Shown here: positions 10,041 to 19,392 of the stretch, in pieces
Numbering within the stretch: position 1 is the first letter of the stretch
Layout: the number at the start of each line of letters is the position of its first letter
Position numbers and translations under genes: made by a program
The notes under the pieces: generated by a model
Database searches by the model: none
What the model was told of the DNA's origin: nothing
Seen by the model: only the letters and a program-made list of their open reading frames with translations
Assembly (NCBI GenBank): GCA_965218295.1
Contig: CBDCKN010000013.1
Coordinates: 320,001 to 384,000 of the forward strand
Length of the DNA stretch: 64,000 bases
Source of the DNA: Longimicrobiales bacterium
GTDB taxonomy: Bacteria; Gemmatimonadota; Gemmatimonadetes; Longimicrobiales; Gaopeijiaceae
Direction: 5' to 3'

Positions 10041-11354
10041 CTACTCGTAGTACTCGCGACCCAAGTGCGTGATCTGCTCTTCCCCGGCGAGCCAGCGAAG
10101 CGTGTTCTTCAGCTTCCAGTGCTGGATGAACAGATCGTGCTCGGGGTAGAGGCCCGGAGCGCACTGGGGGCTCTTGAAGTAGAAGGAGAGCCACTCCTGG
10201 ATGCCCCCCAGCCCGGCCCGGCCCGCAAGGTCCATGAACAGGGCCAGATCCAGGACGATGGGCGCCGCCAGGATGGAGTCCTTGCAGAGGAAGTCGACCT
10301 TGATCTGCATGGGATAGCCCAGCCATCCGAAGATGTCGATGTTGTCCCACCCCTCCTTGTCGTCCCCGCGGGGCGGATAGTAGTTGATCCGTACCTTGTG
10401 GTAGATGTCGCCGTAGAGGTCCGGGTAGAGGTCGGGCTGCAGGATGTGGTCCATGACGCCCAGCTTCGACTCTTCCTTCGTCTTGAAGCTGGCCGGGTCG
10501 TCCAAGACGGCCCCGTCGCGGTTCCCGAGGATGTTGGTGCTGAACCAACCCCTGATCCCCAGCATGCGCGCCTTGAATCCGGGGGCCAGGATCGTCTTCA
10601 TGAGGGTCTGGCCCGTCTTGAAGTCCTTCCCCCCGATGGGGATGGCGTTCTCGTTGGAGTAGCTCTCGAAGGCGGGGAAGTCCGCGGACAGGTTCGGAGC
10701 GCCGTTGGCGTAGGGAATCCCCTCCATGAGGGCCGCGTACGCGTACAGCATGCTCGGGGCTATGGAGGCATCGTTCTCCTCCATTGCCTTCTCGAAGGAC
10801 TCCATCGTCTCGTGTGTCGGTCCCGGGCGGAGGAAGATCTCGGTGGATCCGCACCAGACCATGACCAGCCGGTCGCAGCCGTTCTCTTCCTTGAAGTTCC
10901 TGATGTCCTCGCGGATCTGCTCCGCGATCTCCCGCTTGTTGGCTCCGGTCTTCTTGTTGGGTCCGTCCAGTCGGGTCACATACTCGGGGTCGAAGGCCGC
11001 CGGCATGGGCTTGATAGCGGCGAGCTCGTCCTTGATAGGATCGAGGTGCTCCGAGCTCAGCACTCCGGCATTCACGGCGCTCTCGTAGGCGTTGTCCGGG
11101 ATGGGATCCCACCCGCCGAAGACGATCTGATCCAACTCCGCCAGATCGATGAAGTCCTTGATGAGCGGAGTGTGGTTGTCGGTACGCTGGCCCAACCGGA
11201 TGGCGTTCATCTGGGTGAGGCTTCCGATGGGCTTGGCCAGACCCTTCCGGGCGAGCAGGACGCCCGCGATGGTGGTGGTGGCCACGGCCCCCATGCCTGG
11301 AAGCAGGACGCCCAGCCACCCTTCAGCGGACCGGATCCCAGGGCGTTCTTTCAC
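10041..11354 (-). CDS. ino1: myo-inositol-1-phosphate synthase
   Basis: GMGAVATT, GKDFKTGQT, STNILGNRDG, DDKEGWD and DSILAAP motifs. Confidence 0.95.
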   Translation of the reverse strand: MKERPGIRSAEGWLGVLLPGMGAVATTTIAGVLLARKGLAKPIGSLTQMNAIRLGQRTDNHTPLIKDFIDLAELDQIVFGGWDPIPDNAYESAVNAGVLSSEHLDPIKDELAAIKPMPAAFDPEYVTRLDGPNKKTGANKREIAEQIREDIRNFKEENGCDRLVMVWCGSTEIFLRPGPTHETMESFEKAMEENDASIAPSMLYAYAALMEGIPYANGAPNLSADFPAFESYSNENAIPIGGKDFKTGQTLMKTILAPGFKARMLGIRGWFSTNILGNRDGAVLDDPASFKTKEESKLGVMDHILQPDLYPDLYGDIYHKVRINYYPPRGDDKEGWDNIDIFGWLGYPMQIKVDFLCKDSILAAPIVLDLALFMDLAGRAGLGGIQEWLSFYFKSPQCAPGLYPEHDLFIQHWKLKNTLRWLAGEEQITHLGREYYE

Positions 11355-11385
11355 TTGTATCTCCTTCGTTCGCGATGCGGGCTCG

Positions 11386-12018
11386 TCACCCGTCCAGGGG
11401 CACGCCCGCCGCTTGCTTGTAGACCCAAAGAATCCTTCTGACCGCCGTGTAATTAGTGAGAACGGCGAAGATCACGATCACCCCGCTGATGACGAGACCG
11501 TCCCAGCTGAGGCCGAAGATCAGCGATCCAACGCCTAGGAGGACTACCCGCTCGGCCCTCTGCATGAGCCCGACGGAGCAGTCGAGACCCAGTGTCTCGG
11601 CCTTGGCCCGTGTGTAGCTGATCATGAGAGAGCCCGCCATGGCCATCGCGATCAGGTAGATCATGCCGATGTTCAGGAGGGACACCTCGTATTGGTTGTA
11701 AAGCGAGATGAGGCCGATGTAGATGACTACCTCGCTGATCCTGTCGAGCACCGAGTCGTAGAACGCGCCGAACTTGGACTGGAGCCCCGACTCGCGGGCG
11801 ACCCGTCCGTCGAAGATGTCGTGGGCACCCCCAAGGAGGACGAAGAATCCCGCCGTGCGCACATGATCGGTCCCGTAGAGGAACCCCGCGAACACCGTCA
11901 CCACGAACCCGCTGGTGGTGATGAGGTTCGGATGCACGCGCTTCCTCACCAGCCACCGCGTGAGCGGATCGATGATCGGGTAGACCCGATCGCGGAGGTC
12001 GTCTAGGTTCTTTCCCAT
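11386..12018 (-). CDS. CDP-alcohol phosphatidyltransferase, PIP-synthase-like
   Basis: DIFDGRVAR...GAFYDSVLDR signature plus HPNLIT, SYTRAKAE and QRAER; directly upstream of ino1. Confidence 0.88.
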   Translation of the reverse strand: MGKNLDDLRDRVYPIIDPLTRWLVRKRVHPNLITTSGFVVTVFAGFLYGTDHVRTAGFFVLLGGAHDIFDGRVARESGLQSKFGAFYDSVLDRISEVVIYIGLISLYNQYEVSLLNIGMIYLIAMAMAGSLMISYTRAKAETLGLDCSVGLMQRAERVVLLGVGSLIFGLSWDGLVISGVIVIFAVLTNYTAVRRILWVYKQAAGVPLDG

Positions 12019-12035
12019 GTCTGCCTGGGCGCCTT

Positions 12036-12393
12036 CTACGGCATGATGATCCGGCTCTCGGCGCCCTCGGCGATCCCTTCCTGGATCGTCTGATTCACCT
12101 TGAGCAGAATCTTGTCGAAGTTCGCCTGAGCCGAGACGAGTCGCTGATAGGTGGAGCTCGCCTGGAGTCGGCTTACGGCGTCTTCATAGCTCGACTTGAG
12201 CTCGTCATCCGGCTCGCTTCCCGGCCTGGAGCGCCGTTTCGATCCGACGCTCGAGGCTTTCCAGCTCCGTACGCAGCTCGGCCATTTCCCGATCGTCGTC
12301 GGTCGATGCGACGGCGACTTTGAGGATCTGATACTCGTCGGTCCGAGCAAGGGCCCTGCCCATGTCCTTGGCCATCTCCATGATGCGCGACAT
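12036..12393 (-). CDS. YlbF/Com_YlbF-like helical protein (apparent +1 frameshift at ~12218)
   Basis: Joining ORFs 12205..12393 and 12036..12449 gives MSRIMEMAKDMGRALARTDEYQ...YQRLVSAQANFDKILLKVNQTI, a YlbF-like pattern. Confidence 0.65.
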
Positions 12394-12445
12394 TTAGCTT
12401 CCTGCCTCTGTGGTCCAGACCCCGCGTCTGGACTCGGGGGTTGTT

Positions 12446-13366
12446 TCATTCTCGGGTCCGTTCGGCCATCACGACTCGCGGGCGGCCGCTCAGATCTCGT
12501 CGGACCCGGGCCGGGCCGAACGCACCCGTCTCCTCGATCAACTCGACCACGCGGGACGCCTGTCCCGTTCCTATCTCCAGGGCCAGAAGCCCTCCGGGCA
12601 GCACCCGCTCACCGGCGCCGGTTACCAGAGGCCGGATCACGTCGAGCCCGTCCACCCCCGCGAACAGGGCTTCCCCCGGCTCACACTCGCTGACTTCGGG
12701 CTCCAGGTCCGGCCTCTGTCCCTCTTCCACGTAGGGCGGGTTCGAAACGATGACATCGAATCGCTCCTCTGCTCGGAGGGCCTCGAACAACTCTCCCTGG
12801 CGGAACTGCACCTTCGCGGCGGCACCGTGCCGTCGGGCGTTCTCCGCCGCAACCTCGAGCGCATCCGGCGAGACGTCCGTGGCAACGACACGGCCGCAGG
12901 GTCCTTCCACAGCCAGCGACAGAGCGATCGCGCCGCTCCCGGTTCCTACGTCCAGCACGATCCCCAGGCCTTCCGGCCGGTCGGCCGCCCAGCCCAGAAC
13001 CTCTTCCACCAGCACCTCGGTCTCGGGACGAGGAACCAGAACCCGCCCGTCGGTCACCAGCTCCAGCTCCCGGAAGGCCGTGCGACCGAGAATGTACTGT
13101 AGTGGCTCCCGGCCGGCCCGGCGACGGAGTAACGGCTTGAACGCTTCCCGCTCCTCCCGGCTCAGCGGCCGGTCGTACTGCAAGTACAGCTGCAGGCGGT
13201 CGACCCCGAGCGCGTCCGCCAGCAGCCACTCCGCATCCAGCCGCCCGTTCTCCACACCCTTTTCGGTAAGGTAGTCGGCGCTCCACAGGATCATCCGGAG
13301 AATCGTCCACGCCTCTTCGGGGCCAGCATTCTCCCTGATACGTGCGGCTCCTTCGGCGGCGCTCAC
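12446..13366 (-). CDS. prmC: Release factor glutamine methyltransferase PrmC
   Basis: EPLQYILG, VLVPRPETE, DVGTGSG and NPPY; downstream of prfA. Confidence 0.97.
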   Translation of the reverse strand: MSAAEGAARIRENAGPEEAWTILRMILWSADYLTEKGVENGRLDAEWLLADALGVDRLQLYLQYDRPLSREEREAFKPLLRRRAGREPLQYILGRTAFRELELVTDGRVLVPRPETEVLVEEVLGWAADRPEGLGIVLDVGTGSGAIALSLAVEGPCGRVVATDVSPDALEVAAENARRHGAAAKVQFRQGELFEALRAEERFDVIVSNPPYVEEGQRPDLEPEVSECEPGEALFAGVDGLDVIRPLVTGAGERVLPGGLLALEIGTGQASRVVELIEETGAFGPARVRRDLSGRPRVVMAERTRE

Positions 13367-14463
13367 TCTCCGACGCCTCGGAGGCGCTCTTCCTGATCGG
13401 CGAGCCGTAGTGCCGCGATCAGCTCGCTCAAGTCGCCGTCCAGTACCTGGTCCAGTGTGTAGAGGGAGAGCTTGATCCGGTGATCGGTCACGCGGCTCTG
13501 GGGGAAGTTGTACGTGCGGATCTTCGCGGACCGGTCCCCGGTGCCCACTTGAGCCTGCCTCTCCCGTGATCGTTCCGCCTCTTGCTCCGCGATCCTTTGG
13601 TCCAGCAGACGGCTCCGGAGAACCTTGAGCGCCTTCGCCTTGTTCTTGTGCTGCGACTTCTCATCCTGACACGAGACGACCAGCCCCGAGGGCACGTGCG
13701 TGATGCGCACCGCCGAATCCGTGGTGTTCACGGACTGGCCCCCTGGTCCCGAGGAGCGGAAGACGTCGATCCGTAGGTCCTTTGGATCGATGTCCAGATC
13801 GACCTCGTCGGCCTCCGGCAGCACGGCCACCGTCGCCGCCGAGGTGTGGATCCTGCCCTGGCTCTCGGTTTCCGGGACGCGCTGCACCCGATGTACGCCC
13901 GACTCGAATCGGAGGCGGCCGTAGACGCCCTTCCCTCGGACCGTGAAGATGGCCTCCTTGATCGAGCCCGGGATGCCCTCGGAAAGACTCATGAGCTCGA
14001 TGTCCCAGCCCTCGCGCTCCGCCGCCCTCTGGTACATGCGAAACAGGTCGTGGGCGAAGAGCCCGGCTTCGTCGCCCCCGGTGCCGGCGCGGATCTCCAC
14101 GACCGCCGCGCGGTCGTCCAGGGGATCCTTGGGGATGAGGAGCTTGCGCGCCTGCTCTCCCAAGGTCTCGATCTGCCCCTCGAGGAAAGCGATCTCGTCC
14201 TCGGCTAGGGAGCGCATCTCGGGGTCGTCGGCCTCAGAAAGCAACTCCCGGGCTCCCTGGTGCTCGTCCAGGAGATCCAGGAGTTGGTCTGCGACTTGGA
14301 TCACGGGCGCAAGCTCGGCCCGCTCCTGTCCCAGCGTCCGAAGCCGATCCAGGTTCTGGATGACCTCCGGGCTGGCCAGCTCGTCGTCCAGACCGCGGAA
14401 TCGCCCCTGAGCCTCACGAAGACGGTCGAGGAGCCGCTCATCGACTCCCCCGGGGTTACCCAT
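13363..14463 (-). CDS. prfA: Peptide chain release factor 1
   Basis: GVHRVQRVPET (PxT motif) and GGQ motif (GPGGQSVN). Confidence 0.98.
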   Translation of the reverse strand: MGNPGGVDERLLDRLREAQGRFRGLDDELASPEVIQNLDRLRTLGQERAELAPVIQVADQLLDLLDEHQGARELLSEADDPEMRSLAEDEIAFLEGQIETLGEQARKLLIPKDPLDDRAAVVEIRAGTGGDEAGLFAHDLFRMYQRAAEREGWDIELMSLSEGIPGSIKEAIFTVRGKGVYGRLRFESGVHRVQRVPETESQGRIHTSAATVAVLPEADEVDLDIDPKDLRIDVFRSSGPGGQSVNTTDSAVRITHVPSGLVVSCQDEKSQHKNKAKALKVLRSRLLDQRIAEQEAERSRERQAQVGTGDRSAKIRTYNFPQSRVTDHRIKLSLYTLDQVLDGDLSELIAALRLADQEERLRGVGE

Positions 14464-14487
14464 ACGCGAATCGGACCCGGTTTCGTC

Positions 14488-14694
14488 CTACTTGCTGGCC
14501 TTCTCGTACTTCTTCTTGAACCGCTCGACCCGCCCTGCCGTATCGACCAGGCGCTGCTTGCCCGTGTAAAGCGGGTGGCACACGGAGCAGATATCGGTGT
14601 GCACTCTGGCCTGGGTCGCCATGGTCTCGAACGTGTGTCCACACGCGCAGGTTACCATGGCCGGCACGTATTCGGGGTGGATACCCTCTTTCAT
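14488..14694 (-). CDS. rpmE: 50S ribosomal protein L31 (zinc-binding type)
   Basis: MKEGIHPEY..CACG..CSVCHPLYTG..GRVERF; ATG at 14694 with a GGAG RBS. Confidence 0.96.
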   Translation of the reverse strand: MKEGIHPEYVPAMVTCACGHTFETMATQARVHTDICSVCHPLYTGKQRLVDTAGRVERFKKKYEKASK

Positions 14695-14717
14695 GATCCA
14701 TCTCCGGTATTCAACAG

Positions 14718-14775
14718 AAAAGCGGGCCGGGGATCCCCGGCGAGAACGCCTCGCGGGAATCCGCGCCCGCTCTTT
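14718..14775 (-). promoter_or_regulatory. Structured 5' leader of rpmE (multi-stem junction)
   Basis: Outer stem AAGAGCGGGC/GCCCGCUUUU encloses hairpins GCGG-AUUC-CCGC, GGCG-UUCU-CGCC and CCGGGGAUCCCCGG. Confidence 0.55.
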
Positions 14776-14784
14776 AACCTGGGA

Positions 14785-14813
14785 AATATAGAAATCCGGA
14801 GAGGTCAGTTCAA
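14785..14813 (-). promoter_or_regulatory. sigma70-type promoter for rpmE-prfA-prmC
   Basis: TTGAAC-N17-TATATT on the minus strand, in an AT-rich patch of a GC-rich genome. Confidence 0.65.
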
Positions 14814-16412
14814 GCCGGTCTCCTATTGCGTCCCGCGCCCGCCAGCAACGCCAGCGTGACGACCAGCGCCACCGGGCCGGCAACATCTCCGGTGCGTGTG
14901 TAGAGGGTCGTGACGTCGCTCGTGTAGACGGTGGCTTCCAGTACCTCCGGCTGGAAGAGCCTGGTCCGCTCGTACACTCGCCCGCGGGGGTCCACGAAGA
15001 GCGAGACACCCGTGTTCGCGGCCCGGGCAACGCCGACCCGGTTCTCGATGGCGCGCATGACCAAGTGAGCGGGGTGCTGCCAGAGCGCCGTCGTCCGTGA
15101 ATACCACGGTTCCCGTCCGAACCATGCGTCGTTGGTGAGGTTCACCAGCACGTTCGCTCCCTCCCGGCGGAAGCGTCGAGCGTGCCCAGGATAGGCGGAC
15201 TCGAAGCAGACGAGCGTCCCCGAATCGAGCTCCGCTTCTCGTCGACCCCAGCGGCCAGTCCTCCCCTCGTCCGTACTGGCCGAATGCCTGCCCGCTCTCC
15301 ACCCACGTGGCGGGCACGAAGGGCACCCGCTCCACCAGGGGGACTAGGCGATGCTTGTCGTAGCGGAAGCCGGTGAGGACCCCGTCGGCCGACGTGAGGA
15401 AGGCCGAGTTGAACGGCACCGACTCCCGCGCTCCCTCGCTCCCCTGACCGATGGCCCCGAACAGAACCGGGGCGCCCCACCGCTCCGCAACCCCGAGCAC
15501 CCGCCGTCGCAGCTCTTCATCCACCTCGACCGGCCCTAGGATCGTGGCCTCGGGCCATATCACGAGCTCGGGAGGGGGCTCCCGTAGCGTCGGCCCCGAC
15601 CTTTGGACGCCCGGCGGGATCTCCTCCGGCTCGGGAGCTAGCCTTTCAAGCGCTGCCAGCGTGCTGTCGATCGCGCTTCTAGGGTCCAGCTTCACCGGCT
15701 CGGGAACATTAGGCTGCACCACGACGACGTGGCCGATGGCCCGTACCGGCAGCGTGGCCGCACGCCAGTAGCCCCACCCGGCCGGGACAGCCAGAACGAT
15801 GGAGAAGGCGGCGGCCCAGGCCAAGGCCTTGCGCGTGCCGCGCTCACCACGGGCGGCGAGGACCGCCTCGGCCAGCAGCCCGTTCAGCACCGCCAGCCAG
15901 AGGGTGACGCCGCGAGCCCCCACGAGCTCGGCCGACCCGACCAGCTCGGGATACGCCGTGAGCGAGGTCCCGAGACCCAGCCAGGGGAAGGCCAACCCAC
16001 CCGGTGCGTGCGCCCGCAGCCACTCCAGGGCCGTCCAGGCCAGCGGAAGGGCAAGCCACAATGGAATTCCACCCCGACGCACCATCCGGTGAAGTGCCCA
16101 GGCGAAGGAGCCGGCGCCCAACCCGAGAGCCGACACCACAGCCAGGTACGCGGGGATCGCCCACCAGGTGAACCACACGAGGGCGATGGCAATCCAGTGG
16201 AGGAGAAGCCCGAAGTACAGGAGACCGAACCAGACTCCACCTCGGAATGCCTCGCCCGGCGCACTCCCGTCGCTCCCGCGGTCGACGATCCAGACCGCGA
16301 GAGGGACGAGGGCCACGAACGACGGGATCAACAGATGGAGCGGTGGAAACGCGCTGACGAGGAGTACGGCGGAGACGGCGGGAACCAGGCGGTCCCCGGG
16401 CCCGGGGATCAC
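14810..16412 (-). CDS. lnt: Apolipoprotein N-acyltransferase Lnt (apparent +1 frameshift at C-run 15218-15221)
   Basis: FPWLGLG, VVQPNV, IWPEA and YDKHRLVP; after correction VCFESAYP and VNLTNDAWFG..RAANTG. GTG start overlaps the upstream TGA. Confidence 0.92.
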
Positions 16413-17701
16413 TCCCCCGCCGGTGGCCACGCCCTGAGCACTCCCCAGGCGAGCCCGAGGTGGGCAGGTAGTGCCAGGGCCAGAATCTCCCCGTTGACCT
16501 GATCCAGACCGGGGAGCACCTGCAGGGCGAGCCCGGCCACCGCCAGCGCGGCGACAGTGAGAGCGGCGCGCCCGGTCCACACGCGCCCCCTCCCCATGGC
16601 GGCCAGGAGGAGCAAAGCAGAGAGTACCAGAGACACCGGGTTGGCCTGGAAGGCGTTCTCGTTCAACCCCAAGAAGAAGTGATCCGTGAACAACCACGAG
16701 AGCAGCAGCGCCGAACCCAGGAGTCCAACGATGAGGCTCCATCCGCCGCCCGCCAGCGCCAGGAGCCATGCCGCCCACCGCTTGCCTCTTCCAGCCATCC
16801 ATCCGGAGAAGGCGAAGAGACCCCCGAGCACCGCCCCCGTCAGGAGGAACCCGACGAGCATGTTGGGGGTGCTGCCCGGAACGGGCCCCCGCCGGGCATC
16901 CACGACCTGCACGGCCGGCCCCAGAAGCGACACGTCCTCACCTTCGAACGTCGGTGCCCGCACCACCTCGAGGTGGCGCTGGAGCGGGAGGGGCAGGAAC
17001 ATCTCGTCCCACACCGAGATGGGCTCGTCCGCGCGGTTGCCCATGACGAACTGGATGCCCGCGTAGGCCGCCAGCACCGGCTCCAGCAGCCGGGTGGTGT
17101 GCCACCGGTAGGTAGTGCCCGTCTCCAGCCCCTCCGTCGCCGCCCGGATCCGTCCGCCCAAAACACGGTCGAGAGTATCCCGGACGCGGGTGGAGCAGTT
17201 GTCCCGATAGTAGTCGTATCCGTAGTAGCGGTTGGCCTCGGTATCGGTCTCGCGGACATGTGCCTGGAGCTCGAGTCGCTGGCCCGGGGTCAGGTTGACC
17301 CGTTGGAGCCAGACGCTGCGATTCACGCGGCGATAGGCCTCGATCATGTCTGCGGACCGGTACCCGGCCATCCAGTAGCGCATCCGGCCCCGGAGCAGGC
17401 GTGGGATGAAGTCCGACTGATTGAAGTCGAACATGCCCCAGTTGTAGGCGATCTCGGTCCCCGCCCGGTCGTCCCGGATGACTAGAGCGTTGTGGCTGAA
17501 GCGCTCCCAGATCGCGTCGCCGGGGCCCATGGTCATGAGGAACACTTCGAGATGCGAGCCCGGGACCGGCGCCGAGACGGAGTCACCCTCCGGTGGAGGG
17601 GTGATCTGAGCCCACAGGGGGGCCCCGAGGCCGGCCGAACACAGCGCCATCGCCAGGAGGATTGTGGAGAGGTGGCTTCGGGGCTCCTCAGCCTTCGCCA
17701 A
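16409..17701 (-). CDS. DUF4105-domain membrane protein (Lnb-like lipoprotein N-acyltransferase)
   Basis: Signal peptide; LMTMGPG..FSHNAL..YNWGMFDF..YDYYRDNCSTRVRD; about five C-terminal TM helices. Confidence 0.8.
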   Translation of the reverse strand: MAKAEEPRSHLSTILLAMALCSAGLGAPLWAQITPPPEGDSVSAPVPGSHLEVFLMTMGPGDAIWERFSHNALVIRDDRAGTEIAYNWGMFDFNQSDFIPRLLRGRMRYWMAGYRSADMIEAYRRVNRSVWLQRVNLTPGQRLELQAHVRETDTEANRYYGYDYYRDNCSTRVRDTLDRVLGGRIRAATEGLETGTTYRWHTTRLLEPVLAAYAGIQFVMGNRADEPISVWDEMFLPLPLQRHLEVVRAPTFEGEDVSLLGPAVQVVDARRGPVPGSTPNMLVGFLLTGAVLGGLFAFSGWMAGRGKRWAAWLLALAGGGWSLIVGLLGSALLLSWLFTDHFFLGLNENAFQANPVSLVLSALLLLAAMGRGRVWTGRAALTVAALAVAGLALQVLPGLDQVNGEILALALPAHLGLAWGVLRAWPPAGE

Positions 17702-18707
17702 GCCGCACCTCCTGCCCCTGCTCCGCCGACCGGTACGCGGCCTGCATGACCTCCATCAGATGGACCTGCTCCGTAGGGGACGGCAGGTCGCACTCACCCG
17801 CCACCGCCCGGACGAACTGATCCAGCAGCCTCCGGTAGGCGTTCGTGAAGGGATTCTCACCCCCCCTGGGCTTGGGCTGCCGCGGCGTCACGTCCATGGG
17901 CCGGCCGCCCAGCTGCTTCTGGATCTCCAGGGGAGGCAACGAGCCCGATCCGTCGGTCCCCATGGCCCGGGCGTAGTGGCGATCGGCATCGGCGAACAGG
18001 CTCCAGCTCGCCTCGACGCTGAAGACCGTGCCGGAGTCGGCCACGGCGAAGACGCTGGCCGCTTCCTCCACGGAGTCGTCTCCTTTCTGGAGCACGGCCG
18101 AGACTCTGGTGATTTGTGGATACCCCACCAGCCAGAATGCGAGATCCAGGATCTGGACGCCTAGGTCCATGAGTGCCCCACCCCCCTGCTCCGGCTTCTG
18201 GCGCCACGTCGAGCGAGGGGTCTTCCGGGTGAGGGAGCTCGCTCGAACTGTATAGATGTCGCCGAGCTCGCCGCCGGCCACGAAGGACGCCAGGGCGCCT
18301 GCGTCGGGGCGGAACCGGTGATTCATCCCTACGGCGAGACAGCGCCCCGCGGAGTCGGCCGCGTCCAGGACCCGCTGCACCCCCTCGGGAGTGAGCGCGA
18401 GGGGCCGCTCCACCAGGACGTGCTTCCCGGCCTCGAGAGCCGCGATGGCCAGCGTCTCGTGGAGGTGGTTGGGCGCGCATATCACGGCGGCCTGGATGTC
18501 CTCGTCCTGAACCAGCTCCCGGTCGGAGAGGACCTTCGGCACATCGAAGCGGTTGGCGAGGGTGTCGGCCTTGGGCCGGTCCGCGTCGGCGAGGGCCACG
18601 ACGTCCGCGTCTTCCCGCTCGGAGAGGATGGGGAGGTAGACGATCTGGCTGATGGCGCCGACGCCCAAGACTCCGACCTGGATCGGGTCGGGCTCCGATC
18701 CGGACAT
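17688..18707 (-). CDS. Gfo/Idh/MocA family oxidoreductase
   Basis: GVLGVGAI Rossmann motif, AGKHVLVERP, GGGALMDLG. Confidence 0.9.
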   Translation of the reverse strand: MSGSEPDPIQVGVLGVGAISQIVYLPILSEREDADVVALADADRPKADTLANRFDVPKVLSDRELVQDEDIQAAVICAPNHLHETLAIAALEAGKHVLVERPLALTPEGVQRVLDAADSAGRCLAVGMNHRFRPDAGALASFVAGGELGDIYTVRASSLTRKTPRSTWRQKPEQGGGALMDLGVQILDLAFWLVGYPQITRVSAVLQKGDDSVEEAASVFAVADSGTVFSVEASWSLFADADRHYARAMGTDGSGSLPPLEIQKQLGGRPMDVTPRQPKPRGGENPFTNAYRRLLDQFVRAVAGECDLPSPTEQVHLMEVMQAAYRSAEQGQEVRLGEG

Positions 18708-19381
18708 CAGCGTGCCTCACCCTGGACGAGCTCGCCCCAGATGTAGCTGAGGCCGAAGCGGAGCTCTACATAGCGCAGGTCTCCGAGCACCTCGAACTTG
18801 CTTCCCCCGTAGAGCCGGAATCGATCCGTGACAGGATACTCCAGGCCTCCATGCACGTTGAAGCCCGCCGAGACGGAGTCCAGGAGGTCCTCGACAAACG
18901 TGCCGTTCACAGCCGGCCCCGATCCGTTCAAGAAGTGGGCCGAGACGCCGACCCCGGTCCAGAGGAAGAGGTCGAGAGGCACAGACCACATGTATTGCCC
19001 GTCCACGCTGATGACCACGTCGTCCCGGTCGATGGGCCCGAGGTCGAACCCTCCCGGCGGAGCCGTGCCACCCTGGATGGTATTCAGCGCTGCGAGACGA
19101 ACCTCGAAATCGTCCACCTCGTCTTGGGCCATGCGAGACGTCCAGAAGGCCACACCGGGAATGACCCGGAAGCCCGGGCCGAGAAAGCCGAGATCGAACC
19201 GGAGCGCAAAGATCTCCGTGTTCTCCACGTTGTTGGCGAAGATGTAGCCGCCCTCGGCCAAAATCCCTCGGAAGGAGAGGTTCGCGTAGTCGTAGTCCGC
19301 CAGCTCCTGACTTCCCGCGCGCACGGGCGCGAGAATCACAACTGCTGCCAAAGCCAACTTCCACATCGCATCCGTCCTCAT
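18707..19381 (-). CDS. Exported hypothetical protein, possible outer-membrane beta-barrel
   Basis: Signal peptide, alternating aromatic beta-strand patterns, C-terminal LRFGLSYIW. Confidence 0.6.
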   Translation of the reverse strand: MRTDAMWKLALAAVVILAPVRAGSQELADYDYANLSFRGILAEGGYIFANNVENTEIFALRFDLGFLGPGFRVIPGVAFWTSRMAQDEVDDFEVRLAALNTIQGGTAPPGGFDLGPIDRDDVVISVDGQYMWSVPLDLFLWTGVGVSAHFLNGSGPAVNGTFVEDLLDSVSAGFNVHGGLEYPVTDRFRLYGGSKFEVLGDLRYVELRFGLSYIWGELVQGEAR

Positions 19382-19392
19382 CAGGACCTCAC

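Noticed and set aside
12412..12432. 8-bp hairpin GTCCAGAC-CCCGC-GTCTGGAC between prmC and the YlbF-like gene
   Set aside because: It is short, has no U-tract and occurs once, which is not enough to call a terminator or repeat.
17688..18707. Gfo/Idh/MocA protein as an inositol dehydrogenase linked to ino1
   Set aside because: It is ~6 kb away and separated by a promoter, and the family is too broad to assign a substrate from motifs.
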